Origin: an uncultured Coriobacteriaceae bacterium
Lineage (GTDB): Bacteria > Actinomycetota > Coriobacteriia > Coriobacteriales > UMGS124
DNA length: 57,600 bases
Direction: 5' to 3'
NCBI GenBank assembly: GCA_964510125.1
Contig: CAZEAF010000002.1
Span: forward strand, 1 to 57,600
The notes beneath the pieces were generated by a model. The model searched no databases and was not told the origin of the DNA. It saw only the letters and a program-made list of their open reading frames with translations. Both the position numbers and the translations under genes were made by a program. Within the stretch, counting starts at the first letter, position 1. The number at the start of each line of letters is the position of its first letter. Below are positions 27,533 through 36,776 of this stretch, in pieces.

Positions 27533-29620
27533 ATGCCGGCGACAAGGAACCTGGTTTTTGAGATCGGCACCGAGGAGATGCCCGCCATCCCCCTCTACAA
27601 GGCCACCAAGCAGATGGCCGACCTGGTGCGAGAGGGCCTCGAAGCCTCTGGCCTGGCCTTTGGCGAAGTCCGCACCAGCTCGACCCCCCGGCGCCTCGTC
27701 ACCTATGTGACTGACCTGGCCGAGCAAACCGAGCCTGTCCACCAGAGCTTGCGCGGCCCGGCTGCTGCGGCTGCCTTCGACGCCGAGGGCAAGCCCACCA
27801 AGGCAGCCCTGGGCTTTGCCCGCGGAAAGGGCGTGGACCCGGCCAGCCTGGTCGTGCGGGATGACGGCGGCCGCGCCTACGTGTGGGTCGACATGGACAA
27901 GCCCGCCCAGCCGGCCGCCGGCATAGTGGCCGACATCCTGGCCAAGAGCGCCGACAGCCTGTCCTGGCCCCGCTCCCAGCGCTGGGGAACCCATGCCTGC
28001 CACTTCGTGCGCCCGGTCCGCTGGCTTCTGTGCCTCTTTGGCGACGAGGTCGTGCCGGTGGGGTTTGCCGACCTGGTGGCCGGCCGCACCACCCGCGGTC
28101 ATCGCCTCATGAATCCTGTGGACATAGAGGTGGCCAGCGCCGACGCCTACGACCAGACCCTGCGCGGCGTCCACGTCATGGTGTCCACCCAGGAGCGCGT
28201 CGACGCCATCCGCGCAGGCATCAAGGCCATCGAGGACACTCAGGGCCTCAAGGCCTCCACGCCCAAGCACACTTTCGACGAGGTCGTGAACCTAGTCGAG
28301 TGGCCTACGGTCGTCGAGGCCGACTTCGACGAGGAGTTCCTGCACGTCCCCCACGAGATCATCGAGGAGTCGATGCTCTCCAACCAGCGTTATTTCCCAC
28401 TCAACGACGCAAAAGGCAAGCTCACCCGCCATTTTCTTCTGGTCTCCAACGGCGACCCGGCCCGTTCCGACGTCATCGCCGCAGGCAACGAGCGCGTCGT
28501 GCGTGCCCGCCTGGCTGACGCCAAGTTCTTCTACGAGGAGGACCTCAAGCGCCCGCTCGAGGACTACGTGGAGCGCCTGGGCCAGGTCGGCTTCCAGGAG
28601 AAGCTGGGCACCATGCTCGATAAGACCCACCGCATCGAGGCCGTCGCCCATGCCGTGGCAGCCCAGGCCGGCGTGGACGCCGCGACGGCCGCCGACGCCG
28701 AGCGCGCCGCCCACCTGTGCAAGGCCGACCTGGTGACCTCCGCCGTAATCGAGTTCACCAGCCAGCAGGGCGTTATGGGCGGCTACTACGCCACTGCCGC
28801 CGGCGAGACCCCCGCGGTCGCCCTGGCTGTGTCCCAGCAGTACCGTCCCCGCTTTGCCGGCGACCTTGTGCCCGATGAGACCTGCGGCCGCATCGTCGCC
28901 CTGAGCGACAAGCTGGACACGGTCTGCGGCATCTTCGCCATCGGCCAGGCCCCCACCGGCTCCTCCGACCCCTTTGCCGTCCGCCGCGCGGCTATCGGCA
29001 TCATCGCCATCCTGCGTACCGAGCCCGGCATCCGTCTGTCCGCCGCCATTGACGCCGCCCTGGCCGCCCTCACGGCCCAGGGCATCGCCTTTGACGCCGA
29101 CCAGGTCCGCGACCAGGTCCGCGCCTTCTTCGTGGGCCGTCTGGCCTCCATCGCCCGCGACGAGGGCGCCAGCGCCGACACCGTCGAGGCGGTCAAGGCT
29201 GTGGGCGTCGTCGAGCCCGTCGAGTTCCTAGCCCGCACAGCCGCCCTCGAGAGCGCCCGTGCCGAGCAGCGCGAGCTCTTCGACGACCTGGCGAGCGCCT
29301 ACACCCGCGCCGACCACCTGCGCGACGAGGCGGCCGGCCGCGACTTCGACAGGTCATTGGCCGTCCCGGCCGAGCTGGCCCTGGCCGACGCGGTCCTACA
29401 GGCGGGCGGGCGCGTCACCCAGGCCCTGTCCCGCCCCGAGGGCTACCCCGAGGCGCTTGCCGCCCTGGCGGCCCTGCGCGAGCCCGTCGACGCCTTCTTC
29501 GACGACGTCATGGTCATGACAGACGACCTGGGCCTGCGCAAGAACCACCTGGCCCTGCTCAACCGCTTCGTCGACGTCTTTCACGACGTGGCCGATATCG
29601 GCAAGATGGAGCGCCACTGA
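27533..29620 (+). CDS. glyS: Glycine--tRNA ligase beta subunit
   Basis: LVFEIGTEEMPA..., a length of 695 aa, and a position immediately after glyQ. Confidence 0.95.
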   Translation: MPATRNLVFEIGTEEMPAIPLYKATKQMADLVREGLEASGLAFGEVRTSSTPRRLVTYVTDLAEQTEPVHQSLRGPAAAAAFDAEGKPTKAALGFARGKGVDPASLVVRDDGGRAYVWVDMDKPAQPAAGIVADILAKSADSLSWPRSQRWGTHACHFVRPVRWLLCLFGDEVVPVGFADLVAGRTTRGHRLMNPVDIEVASADAYDQTLRGVHVMVSTQERVDAIRAGIKAIEDTQGLKASTPKHTFDEVVNLVEWPTVVEADFDEEFLHVPHEIIEESMLSNQRYFPLNDAKGKLTRHFLLVSNGDPARSDVIAAGNERVVRARLADAKFFYEEDLKRPLEDYVERLGQVGFQEKLGTMLDKTHRIEAVAHAVAAQAGVDAATAADAERAAHLCKADLVTSAVIEFTSQQGVMGGYYATAAGETPAVALAVSQQYRPRFAGDLVPDETCGRIVALSDKLDTVCGIFAIGQAPTGSSDPFAVRRAAIGIIAILRTEPGIRLSAAIDAALAALTAQGIAFDADQVRDQVRAFFVGRLASIARDEGASADTVEAVKAVGVVEPVEFLARTAALESARAEQRELFDDLASAYTRADHLRDEAAGRDFDRSLAVPAELALADAVLQAGGRVTQALSRPEGYPEALAALAALREPVDAFFDDVMVMTDDLGLRKNHLALLNRFVDVFHDVADIGKMERH

Positions 29621-29629
29621 GGACCCCGC

Positions 29630-29668
29630 GCCCGCGCGTCCGCAAGGGCGCGCGGGCCCGTCTTGTTT
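29630..29668 (+). terminator. Candidate terminator after glyS
   Basis: A 9-bp GC stem (GCCCGCGCG / CGCGCGGGC) with a 10-nt loop, followed by a T-containing tail CCGTCTTGTTTG. Confidence 0.45.
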
Positions 29669-29749
29669 GAAAGTGCCCTGGATTCGCCCTGCCGGCACCG
29701 CGCACCACGCCGGCTTGCGGCACCTGAGACCACGAGGAGGGAACAACCC

Positions 29750-30697
29750 ATGATCACGACCAGCTCGCAGACCTACGACGGCCTGACCCCCGTCTCCGGC
29801 GGGGGTTCCGACGCACCGCTCGAGGCTGAGGCCGGGGCCCAGGTCCCCACCATCCACGTCATCTCCGACTCGCTCGGCGACACCGCGGCAGACGTCGCCC
29901 TGGCCGCCTCGGCCCAGTTCGAGGAGGGCCTCGTCCACATCGAGCGCCTGCCCAAGGTGACCGCCATCGACCAGGTCCGCGACTATCTTGATGGCCACGC
30001 CAATCCAGGCTCGCCGACCCTGGTCTTCTACACCATCGCCGACCGGGGCCTGCGCGACGAGACGGCCGACGAGCTCCACAGCCGCGGCATCGAGTCCCTG
30101 GATATTCTGGGCCCCGCCTTGAACGCCATTGAGCGCCTCACGGGCATAGAACCCCGCGGTAAGGCCGGCATCATCCACGAGACCGACGCTCGCTACTTCC
30201 GCCGCATCGAGGCCATGGAGTTCTTCATGTGCCACGACGACGGCCGCAACGTCCAGGACCTGTCCCAGGCCGACATCGTGCTGGTCGGCGTGTCTCGCAC
30301 CAGCAAGACGCCCCTGTCCATGTACCTCTCTTGCCACGGCTACAAGGTGGCTAACGTGCCGCTGGCCAAGGGAGTCACGCCGCCCGAGGAGCTCTTCCAG
30401 GTGGACCGCTTCCGCATCTTTGGCCTGCTCTCCACCCCCGAGGTCCTGTCCAAGCTCCGATACGAGCGGCTGGGCACCGCCGAGGCCCGCGAGGTGGCCG
30501 GCTCCTATGCCGACCCGGGCTACATCGCCGACGAGCTGGAGGAGGCCCGCGCCCTCATGCGCAAGCTGGGCTGCATCGTCATCCACACCAACGGTCGCGC
30601 CGTTGAGGAGACGGCTCAGATTGTGCTCTCCTACTTCAACCCGGCCGAGGCCCGCTGGAAGGCCAAGCAGAAGGCCGGAGCGGCTGACGGTCAGTAA
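29750..30697 (+). CDS. Pyruvate, phosphate dikinase regulatory protein (DUF299 kinase/phosphorylase)
   Basis: P-loop VLVGVSRTSKTPLS. ATG at 29750 follows GAGGAGGG. The gene lies directly upstream of ppdK. Confidence 0.85.
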   Translation: MITTSSQTYDGLTPVSGGGSDAPLEAEAGAQVPTIHVISDSLGDTAADVALAASAQFEEGLVHIERLPKVTAIDQVRDYLDGHANPGSPTLVFYTIADRGLRDETADELHSRGIESLDILGPALNAIERLTGIEPRGKAGIIHETDARYFRRIEAMEFFMCHDDGRNVQDLSQADIVLVGVSRTSKTPLSMYLSCHGYKVANVPLAKGVTPPEELFQVDRFRIFGLLSTPEVLSKLRYERLGTAEAREVAGSYADPGYIADELEEARALMRKLGCIVIHTNGRAVEETAQIVLSYFNPAEARWKAKQKAGAADGQ

Positions 30698-30897
30698 GGC
30701 ATGGCCGCAGGTCTTTCGTGGAGACCGGCAGAAATCATAAGGCACAAGGCCGGGCGGGCGGCTGGGTATCGGTCCCAGGCGCCCGCTCGGCTGCTCTTGG
30801 GCACCTGAGGGCCTGCGGTATGGCAAGCCGGTGGTACCATGGGGAAACAGGCATGAAACATGCCTTACGACGAGCCTAAAGCAAAGGAGATGCCAGG

Positions 30898-33636
30898 GTG
30901 TCCGAAGCAAAGCGCATTTACAAGTTCGGCAAGGACGCGGACAACAACAACGTGACCGAGGGCTCGGCCGCTGAGAACTACATCCTCGGCGGCAAGGGCG
31001 CCAACCTCGCTGAGATGGCCAAGATTGGCCTTCCCGTGCCCCCGGGCTTCACCATCACCTGCCAGACCTGCATGGAGTACGCCAACGCTGGCAACGTCTG
31101 GCCCGAGGGTGTGCTCGACCTCATTGAGCAGGCCCGTACCGACTTGGAGCAGCGGGCCGGCAAGCGCCTGGGCGACCCCGAGGACCCGCTTTTGGTCTCG
31201 GTCCGCTCCGGTGCACCCTTCTCCATGCCTGGCATGATGGACACGGTCCTCAACCTGGGCATGAACGACAAGTCCGTTCACGGCCTCATCAAGCAGACGG
31301 ACAACCCCCGCTTCGCCTGGGACTCCTACCGCCGCTTCATCCAGATGTTCTCCGATGTCGTCATGGGTGTCGACAAGGACCTGTTTGAGAATGCCATCAC
31401 CATGGCCAAGCTCCAAAAAGGCGTGAAGGACGACACCGAGCTGGACGCGGCCGACCTCGAGAGTCTGGTCGAGGACTTCAAGCGCATCTTCTCCGACAAC
31501 GTGGACGTCGCCAAGTACCCCGAGCTGCAGACCATCGGCGGCAAGCCCCAATTCCCCCAGGACCCTCATACCCAGCTAATCCTGTCCATCCAGGCCGTCT
31601 TCGGCAGCTGGAACAACGAGCGCGCTTCCATCTACCGCAAGCAGAACAAGATTCCCGACGACCTTGGCACGGCTGTCAATGTCATGAGCATGGTCTTTGG
31701 CAACAAGGGCAACACCTCCGCCACCGGCGTGGCCTTCACCCGCAACCCGGCCGACGGCACCAAGGAGTTCTACGGCGACTACCTGGTCAACGCCCAGGGT
31801 GAGGACGTCGTAGCCGGCATCCGCAACACCCAGCCCATCGAGACCCTCAAGCAGACCCCGGGCCTGGAGAAGGCCGGGACCGAGCTGGAGGAGGTCTTCG
31901 GCATCCTCGAGCGTCACTACCGCGACATGATGGACATCGAGTTCACCATCGAGCAGGGCAAGCTCTACATGCTGCAGACCCGCGTCGGCAAGCGCACCGC
32001 CGCAGCTGCCCTCAAGGTGGCCATCGACATGCAGGCCGAGGGCCTCATCACCAAGGAGGAGGCGGTCCTGCGCGTCGACCCGGTCCAGCTCGACCAGCTC
32101 CTCCATCCCCAGTTCGACACCTCGGCTGACTACGAGATCCTCTGCAAAGGCCTCAACGCCTCCCCGGGCGCCGCGGTCGGCGAGGTCGTCTTCTCCTCTG
32201 CTGACGCGGTCAAGGCGTCCGAGGAGGGCAAGGACGTCATCCTAGTTCGCTGGGAGACCAACCCCGACGATCTCAAAGGCATGATTGCAGCCAAGGGCGT
32301 GCTCACCAGCCACGGTGGCAAGACCAGCCATGCGGCCGTCATTGCCCGCGGCATGGGTGCCCCCTGCGTCTGTGGCGCCGAGTCCCTGCGCATCGACGCG
32401 GCCAAGAAGGAGGTCAGCGTCGCCGGCTCCAGCATCGTGCTCCACGAGGGCGACGTCATCTCCATCGACGGCACGACCGGCAATGTGGTCCTAGGTGCCG
32501 TCAAGCTGGTCTCGCCCAAGCTGTCCGGCGACCTCCAGACCATCCTGAGCTGGTCCGATGAGATCCGCAAGATGGGCGTGCGCGCCAACGCCGACAACCC
32601 CGAGGACGCCCGCCTGGCCCGCAGCTTTGGCGCCGAGGGCATCGGCCTGGACCGCACCGAGCACATGTTCTTGGGTGAGCGCAAGCAGATTATCCAGTCC
32701 TACATCCTGGCCGACGACACGCCGGACGGCAGGGCTGCCCGTGAGAAGGCCTGCCGCGACCTGGCCGAGGCCCAGACGGGCGACTTCTACGGCATGTTCA
32801 AGGCCATGGACGGTCTGCCTGTCACCGTCCGTCTGCTCGACCCGCCCCTCCACGAGTTCCTGGACGACCCTCGCAAGCTGGAGGTAGAGATTGCCCGCGA
32901 GGAGGCCCAAGGCGTGCCCGAGCAGGCCCTGGCCCCCAAGCGCAAGCTCCTGCGTCAGATCGACTCCTTCGTCGAGGCCAACCCCATGCTGGGCCTGCGC
33001 GGCTGCCGCCTGGGCTTCGTCTATCCCGAGCTGCCCGTCCTGCAGGTGCGCGCCATCGCCAACGCCACTGCCCAGCTGGTCAAGGAGGGCCTCGACCCCA
33101 AGCCCCACATCATGGTGCCCCTCGTGGCCTTTGACACCGAGCTCAAGGCCATGCGTGAGGTCATCGAGAAGACCCTGGCCGAGGTTCAGGCTCAGGCCGG
33201 CGTCCAGCTGCCCCCAATCCCCATCGGCACCATGATTGAGCTGCCGCGCGCCGCCGTAACCTCCGACGAGATTGCCAAGTACGCCGACTTCTACAGCTTT
33301 GGTACCAACGACCTGACCCAGACGACCCTGGGCTTCTCGCGCGACGACGTGGAGGGCAAGTTCATCCCCACCTACCTGCAGAAGAAGATCTTCAAGCGCA
33401 ACCCCTTCGAGACGGTGGACGACGGCGTGTGCAAGCTGGTCAGATATGCCACCGAGCAGGGTCGCGCCACCAACCCCAGGCTGGACATCGGCGTCTGCGG
33501 CGAGCACGGCGGCGACCCCGAGTCCATCAACAAGTTCTATGGGATTGGGCTTGACTACGTGTCCTGCTCGCCCTACCGGGTCCCGGTCGCCCGTCTGGCT
33601 GCCGCCCAGGCCACCCTGCGGGCCGAGCGCAAGTAA
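30898..33636 (+). CDS. ppdK: Pyruvate, phosphate dikinase
   Basis: LGGKGANLAEM, the phospho-His motif GGKTSHAAVIARGMG, and a C-terminal PEP-utilising TIM barrel. GTG start 8 nt after AAAGGAG. Confidence 0.95.
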   Translation: MSEAKRIYKFGKDADNNNVTEGSAAENYILGGKGANLAEMAKIGLPVPPGFTITCQTCMEYANAGNVWPEGVLDLIEQARTDLEQRAGKRLGDPEDPLLVSVRSGAPFSMPGMMDTVLNLGMNDKSVHGLIKQTDNPRFAWDSYRRFIQMFSDVVMGVDKDLFENAITMAKLQKGVKDDTELDAADLESLVEDFKRIFSDNVDVAKYPELQTIGGKPQFPQDPHTQLILSIQAVFGSWNNERASIYRKQNKIPDDLGTAVNVMSMVFGNKGNTSATGVAFTRNPADGTKEFYGDYLVNAQGEDVVAGIRNTQPIETLKQTPGLEKAGTELEEVFGILERHYRDMMDIEFTIEQGKLYMLQTRVGKRTAAAALKVAIDMQAEGLITKEEAVLRVDPVQLDQLLHPQFDTSADYEILCKGLNASPGAAVGEVVFSSADAVKASEEGKDVILVRWETNPDDLKGMIAAKGVLTSHGGKTSHAAVIARGMGAPCVCGAESLRIDAAKKEVSVAGSSIVLHEGDVISIDGTTGNVVLGAVKLVSPKLSGDLQTILSWSDEIRKMGVRANADNPEDARLARSFGAEGIGLDRTEHMFLGERKQIIQSYILADDTPDGRAAREKACRDLAEAQTGDFYGMFKAMDGLPVTVRLLDPPLHEFLDDPRKLEVEIAREEAQGVPEQALAPKRKLLRQIDSFVEANPMLGLRGCRLGFVYPELPVLQVRAIANATAQLVKEGLDPKPHIMVPLVAFDTELKAMREVIEKTLAEVQAQAGVQLPPIPIGTMIELPRAAVTSDEIAKYADFYSFGTNDLTQTTLGFSRDDVEGKFIPTYLQKKIFKRNPFETVDDGVCKLVRYATEQGRATNPRLDIGVCGEHGGDPESINKFYGIGLDYVSCSPYRVPVARLAAAQATLRAERK

Positions 33637-33695
33637 GACTGCGACCGCCCTCAGGCCCAAAAGGCCATCGGGGCTGCTCATACGCGCTATCATGA

Positions 33696-33731
33696 GGGGA
33701 AGGACCGCAAGGCGCGGCCCTTCCCCTTTTT
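33696..33731 (+). terminator. Intrinsic terminator after ppdK
   Basis: GGGGAAGG...CCTTCCCC outer stem plus inner CCGC/GCGG pairs, followed by TTTTT (33727-33731). Confidence 0.7.
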
Positions 33732-33829
33732 GCAGGCCGGCCGCCGCCCCATGGTGGCGCGCAGCCGAGCGGAGGCGGGACGGGCCCAGGCATCCCACGT
33801 GCATCTGAGGTGGACGGAGCGGAGAACAA

Positions 33830-34885
33830 ATGAGGACGCGGACATGCAAGGACTTCGAGGCCATGGAGCAGGCAACCCTGTGCCCTGAGGCGGCTCACTC
33901 GGCCGACTCGGCAGGGCGGCTGCACCCTGAGGAGCCGGATCCCTGGCGCACGTGCTACCAGCGCGACCGGGACCGCATCCTCCACTGCAAGGCCTTCCGC
34001 CGGCTCATGCACAAGACCCAGGTCTTCCTTTCACCCGAGGGCGACCACTACCGAACCCGGCTCACCCACACCCTCGAGGTCTCCCAGATTGCCCGCTCCA
34101 TCTCCCGGGAGCTCTGCCTCAACGAGGACCTGACCGAGGCCATCGCCCTAGGCCATGACCTGGGCCATACCCCCTTCGGCCACACGGGCGAGGACGCCAT
34201 CTCCCACGGCATGGCTTGCCGGCTGGGCAGGCTGGACCAGTATGCGGCGGGAGAGCGGCTCTTCCGCCACAACGTCCAGTCGGGCCGGGTCGTGGACGTG
34301 CTCGAGAAGGAGGGGCGGGGGCTCAACCTGACCCGCGAGGTCGTCGACGGCATCGTCCACCACACGGGGCCCCAGCGGGCGTCCACCCTGGAAGGACGGG
34401 TCGTGGCCGTAGCCGACCGCATCGCCTACGTCAACCACGACATCGACGACGCCATCCGGGCCCGCCTCCTGACCGAGGATGACCTGCCCGCCTCCACCCA
34501 TGAGCTGCTGGGCCTCGGCTCATCACAGCGCATATCGACCCTGGTGAGAAGCTGCGTTTCGGCCTCGTCTCAGGCGGGCGACATCGTCATGGACGAGCAG
34601 GTCTGGGACGCCCTCATGGAGCTGAGGGCCTTCCTCTTCGACCGGGTCTACACCCGCTCGGATGCCAAGGGGGAGGAGCCCAAGGCCAACCGCCTGGTCC
34701 AGTGGCTCTACACGTATTACAGCGAGCACCCCGACCGGATTCCAGCCGAGTACCGCACCCAGGAGGCAGACCCCTTGGAAGTGCGCGTGGCCGACTTCAT
34801 CTCCGGCATGACCGACCGCTACGCCGTGCGGACCTTTCAGGGCCTGACCGTGCCAAAGAACTGGGCGGATACCCGCGGCATCTGA
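33830..34885 (+). CDS. dgt: dGTPase-like HD-domain deoxynucleoside triphosphate triphosphohydrolase
   Basis: YQRDRDRILHCKAFRRL, RLTHTLEVSQIAR, and GHDLGHTPFGH. Confidence 0.85.
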   Translation: MRTRTCKDFEAMEQATLCPEAAHSADSAGRLHPEEPDPWRTCYQRDRDRILHCKAFRRLMHKTQVFLSPEGDHYRTRLTHTLEVSQIARSISRELCLNEDLTEAIALGHDLGHTPFGHTGEDAISHGMACRLGRLDQYAAGERLFRHNVQSGRVVDVLEKEGRGLNLTREVVDGIVHHTGPQRASTLEGRVVAVADRIAYVNHDIDDAIRARLLTEDDLPASTHELLGLGSSQRISTLVRSCVSASSQAGDIVMDEQVWDALMELRAFLFDRVYTRSDAKGEEPKANRLVQWLYTYYSEHPDRIPAEYRTQEADPLEVRVADFISGMTDRYAVRTFQGLTVPKNWADTRGI

Positions 34886-34977
34886 GCTGACGCAGGCATC
34901 CGCCCTGGTAAAGCCTATGGGACCCAAAGCCGGGCCGCGGGGGTCCTTGCCGCGGGCGCGCCGCCAGGCTACTCGGC

Positions 34978-36063
34978 CTAAATCTCCTCGGTCAGGTAGA
35001 GGTAGTCAGCCACGACGTAGGGGGCGTTCAGGCTGTTGCCGTCGGGCAGGGTGTAGGACAGGGTGCTGGTGACCGTGCCGCCAAAGCGGATTGAGCTGCC
35101 CTCAACGATGCCGGTGTCGACGGCCGTGAGACTGCCGTACTGGACAAAGACGGGGCAGTACTCATCGCCGGAGATGAAGACGAGGGCCGTGGCCATGTTG
35201 TCAGAAGTCGTGATGGTCTGGATGATGCCGCTCATGCTAATCTGCTGGCCCATGTAGCTGTCGATGTCGGCCATGAGCGGGTCATACCAGGGGTCGGTGA
35301 GCAGGCTGAAGGAGGTCAGGATGACCAGACTGTTCATTGAGTCGTTGATGGCCTGGGTGGCCGCCTCGGCCTCCTCGGTGGAGTAGTTCTGGGAGGTCAG
35401 CAGGGCCTGGGCCGCGCTGGTGGCAGCCTCGAGGTCCTGGATGCTAGCAGCGGTGTAGACGTGGCCAGTGGCGTTGTCCGACAGGTATTGACGGGCGTTG
35501 TCGAGAGTGGTCTGGAGCTCGTTGGTGGAGGCCTCGGTAGCCGTCACCTGAGGTGTGGGCTCCTCGCCAGCCTGGGGGGCAGAGCTGCAGGAGTTGATGA
35601 GGATGCAGAAGACGACAATCAGGACCACGATAATCGCCAGGGCGCCGATGAGGACCGGGTTCTTGTAGGGAGGCCGCACAAAGGCTCCGCAGTGGGGGCA
35701 GCGGGTCTGGGAGGGGTCGACCGGGCGGCCACAGCGCTTGCAGCTGGGGCCCTCGCCCAGGTAGTCGGAGCCGCTTGCGGCGGGCTGGCCGGCGACCGTA
35801 CGGGCGGTGCGGGCGCTGGTGCGGGCGGTGCGGGAGCCGGATGCGGAAGACGAGGAGCCGCGCACACGGGAGACCCGGTTGCCCACCGACGAAGACACGC
35901 TGCTCGCGGCGGAACGCACCGAGTCGAGGGGAGAACGCTTGGCACGGGCCTGGCCCCCGTCCTCATAGGCCGAGCCGGTGCGCTGACGCGAAGCGGTCTT
36001 ACGGGTTGCGATGCGCTCTGGACGCTGTATCTGGTCACGGGGGGTTACGCGGTCGTCACCCAT
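34978..36063 (-). CDS. Single-pass membrane protein: Ser/Arg-rich N-terminus, zinc-ribbon, TM helix, extracytoplasmic domain
   Basis: CKRCGRPVDPSQTRCPHCG followed by the TM segment VLIGALAIIVVLIVVFCILI. AGGAGGA lies immediately upstream of tandem ATGs at 36066 and 36063. The ORF-track start is 36087. Confidence 0.6.
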   Translation of the reverse strand: MGDDRVTPRDQIQRPERIATRKTASRQRTGSAYEDGGQARAKRSPLDSVRSAASSVSSSVGNRVSRVRGSSSSASGSRTARTSARTARTVAGQPAASGSDYLGEGPSCKRCGRPVDPSQTRCPHCGAFVRPPYKNPVLIGALAIIVVLIVVFCILINSCSSAPQAGEEPTPQVTATEASTNELQTTLDNARQYLSDNATGHVYTAASIQDLEAATSAAQALLTSQNYSTEEAEAATQAINDSMNSLVILTSFSLLTDPWYDPLMADIDSYMGQQISMSGIIQTITTSDNMATALVFISGDEYCPVFVQYGSLTAVDTGIVEGSSIRFGGTVTSTLSYTLPDGNSLNAPYVVADYLYLTEEI

Positions 36064-36206
36064 CATTCCTCCTGGCGTGGAATTCAAACATAGAAACGTT
36101 CAGTGCTAGGCTACCACATAGCGGGTGGTCTCAAATGGAATGCCTCTGTTCGTTGTGCTTGTTATGGGAGATTCGCCATATTTCGCATGTGGGACCTTCG
36201 GACGAC

Positions 36207-36236
36207 TTGCCTGAGACGCTTTGATTTGCGTATACT
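36207..36236 (+). promoter_or_regulatory. Sigma-70-type promoter for rplS
   Basis: TTGCCT (36207-36212), an 18-nt spacer, then TATACT (36231-36236). This leaves a leader of about 60 nt before the rplS ATG. Confidence 0.5.
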
Positions 36237-36304
36237 CTGCTACTGTTGTGCTGTTGGGTGCCTCGCGTCTATTGGGCGCGACTGTTAGGAAATGGAATCA
36301 GAAG

Positions 36305-36646
36305 ATGGATTATATTCGCGCGATTGAGCGTCAGCAGATTCGTGAGGACCTCCCTCAGGTCAGGGTTGGCGATAACGTCAAGGTTCACTACCGCATCAAG
36401 GAAGGCGACCGCGAGCGCATCCAGATTTTCCAGGGCGACGTGATTCGTATGTCCGGCGGTTCTTCGCGCGAGACCTTCACGGTTCGCAAGATTTCCTTCG
36501 GCGTGGGCGTCGAGCGCACGTTCCCGCTCCACTCGCCCAAGATTGCCAAGCTCGAGGTCGTGCGTCACGGCCATGTCCGTCGCGCCAAGCTCTACTACCT
36601 GCGCAACAAGGTGGGCAAGGCCGCCCGCCTGCGCGAGGTCCGCTAG
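36305..36646 (+). CDS. rplS: 50S ribosomal protein L19
   Basis: [34 protein letters not shown]... is canonical L19. ATG at 36305 lies within the longer ORF 36221-36646. Confidence 0.95.
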   Translation: MDYIRAIERQQIREDLPQVRVGDNVKVHYRIKEGDRERIQIFQGDVIRMSGGSSRETFTVRKISFGVGVERTFPLHSPKIAKLEVVRHGHVRRAKLYYLRNKVGKAARLREVR

Positions 36647-36666
36647 TCCTTTTCCCAGGCCATATG

Positions 36667-36696
36667 GGGCGTCGTCTTTGGGCGGCGCCCTTTTTT
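36667..36696 (+). terminator. Intrinsic terminator after rplS
   Basis: An 8-bp stem GGGCGTCG / CGGCGCCC (one G-U pair) with an 8-nt loop, followed by TTTTTT (36691-36696). Confidence 0.75.
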
Positions 36697-36776
36697 CGTA
36701 TCTATATATAGTGGGCGGCGTATATTAGGCGGCGCGCCAGGGCAGGGCGCGCCGAAGGCCTTGAAGGAGGCAGGCT

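Noticed and set aside
25703-28270. An 855-aa minus-strand ORF antisense to lepB-glyQ-glyS. Similar long antisense ORFs lie at 48953-51241, 51747-54110, 40854-42551, 29396-30910, 32491-33864, 43210-44454, 9745-10974, 14487-15695, 20867-22081 and 55891-57066.
   Set aside because: Each lies opposite a gene with unmistakable conserved motifs. Their translations are Gly/Ala/Arg/Val/His-rich low-information sequence with no recognisable motifs. Long stop-free antisense frames are expected in GC-rich DNA.
34886-34977. Bidirectional terminator hairpins between the convergent dGTPase-like gene and the zinc-ribbon gene (GGACCC...GGGTCC and CCGCGG-N9-CCGCGG).
   Set aside because: The stems are only 6 bp and there is no U-tract on either strand. 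That is not enough to call a terminator.
36103-36288. A 61-aa Cys-rich ORF in the AT-richer gap upstream of rplS.
   Set aside because: It has no RBS and overlaps the predicted rplS promoter and leader. Its composition looks like chance translation of intergenic sequence. Conservation data would be needed to revive it.
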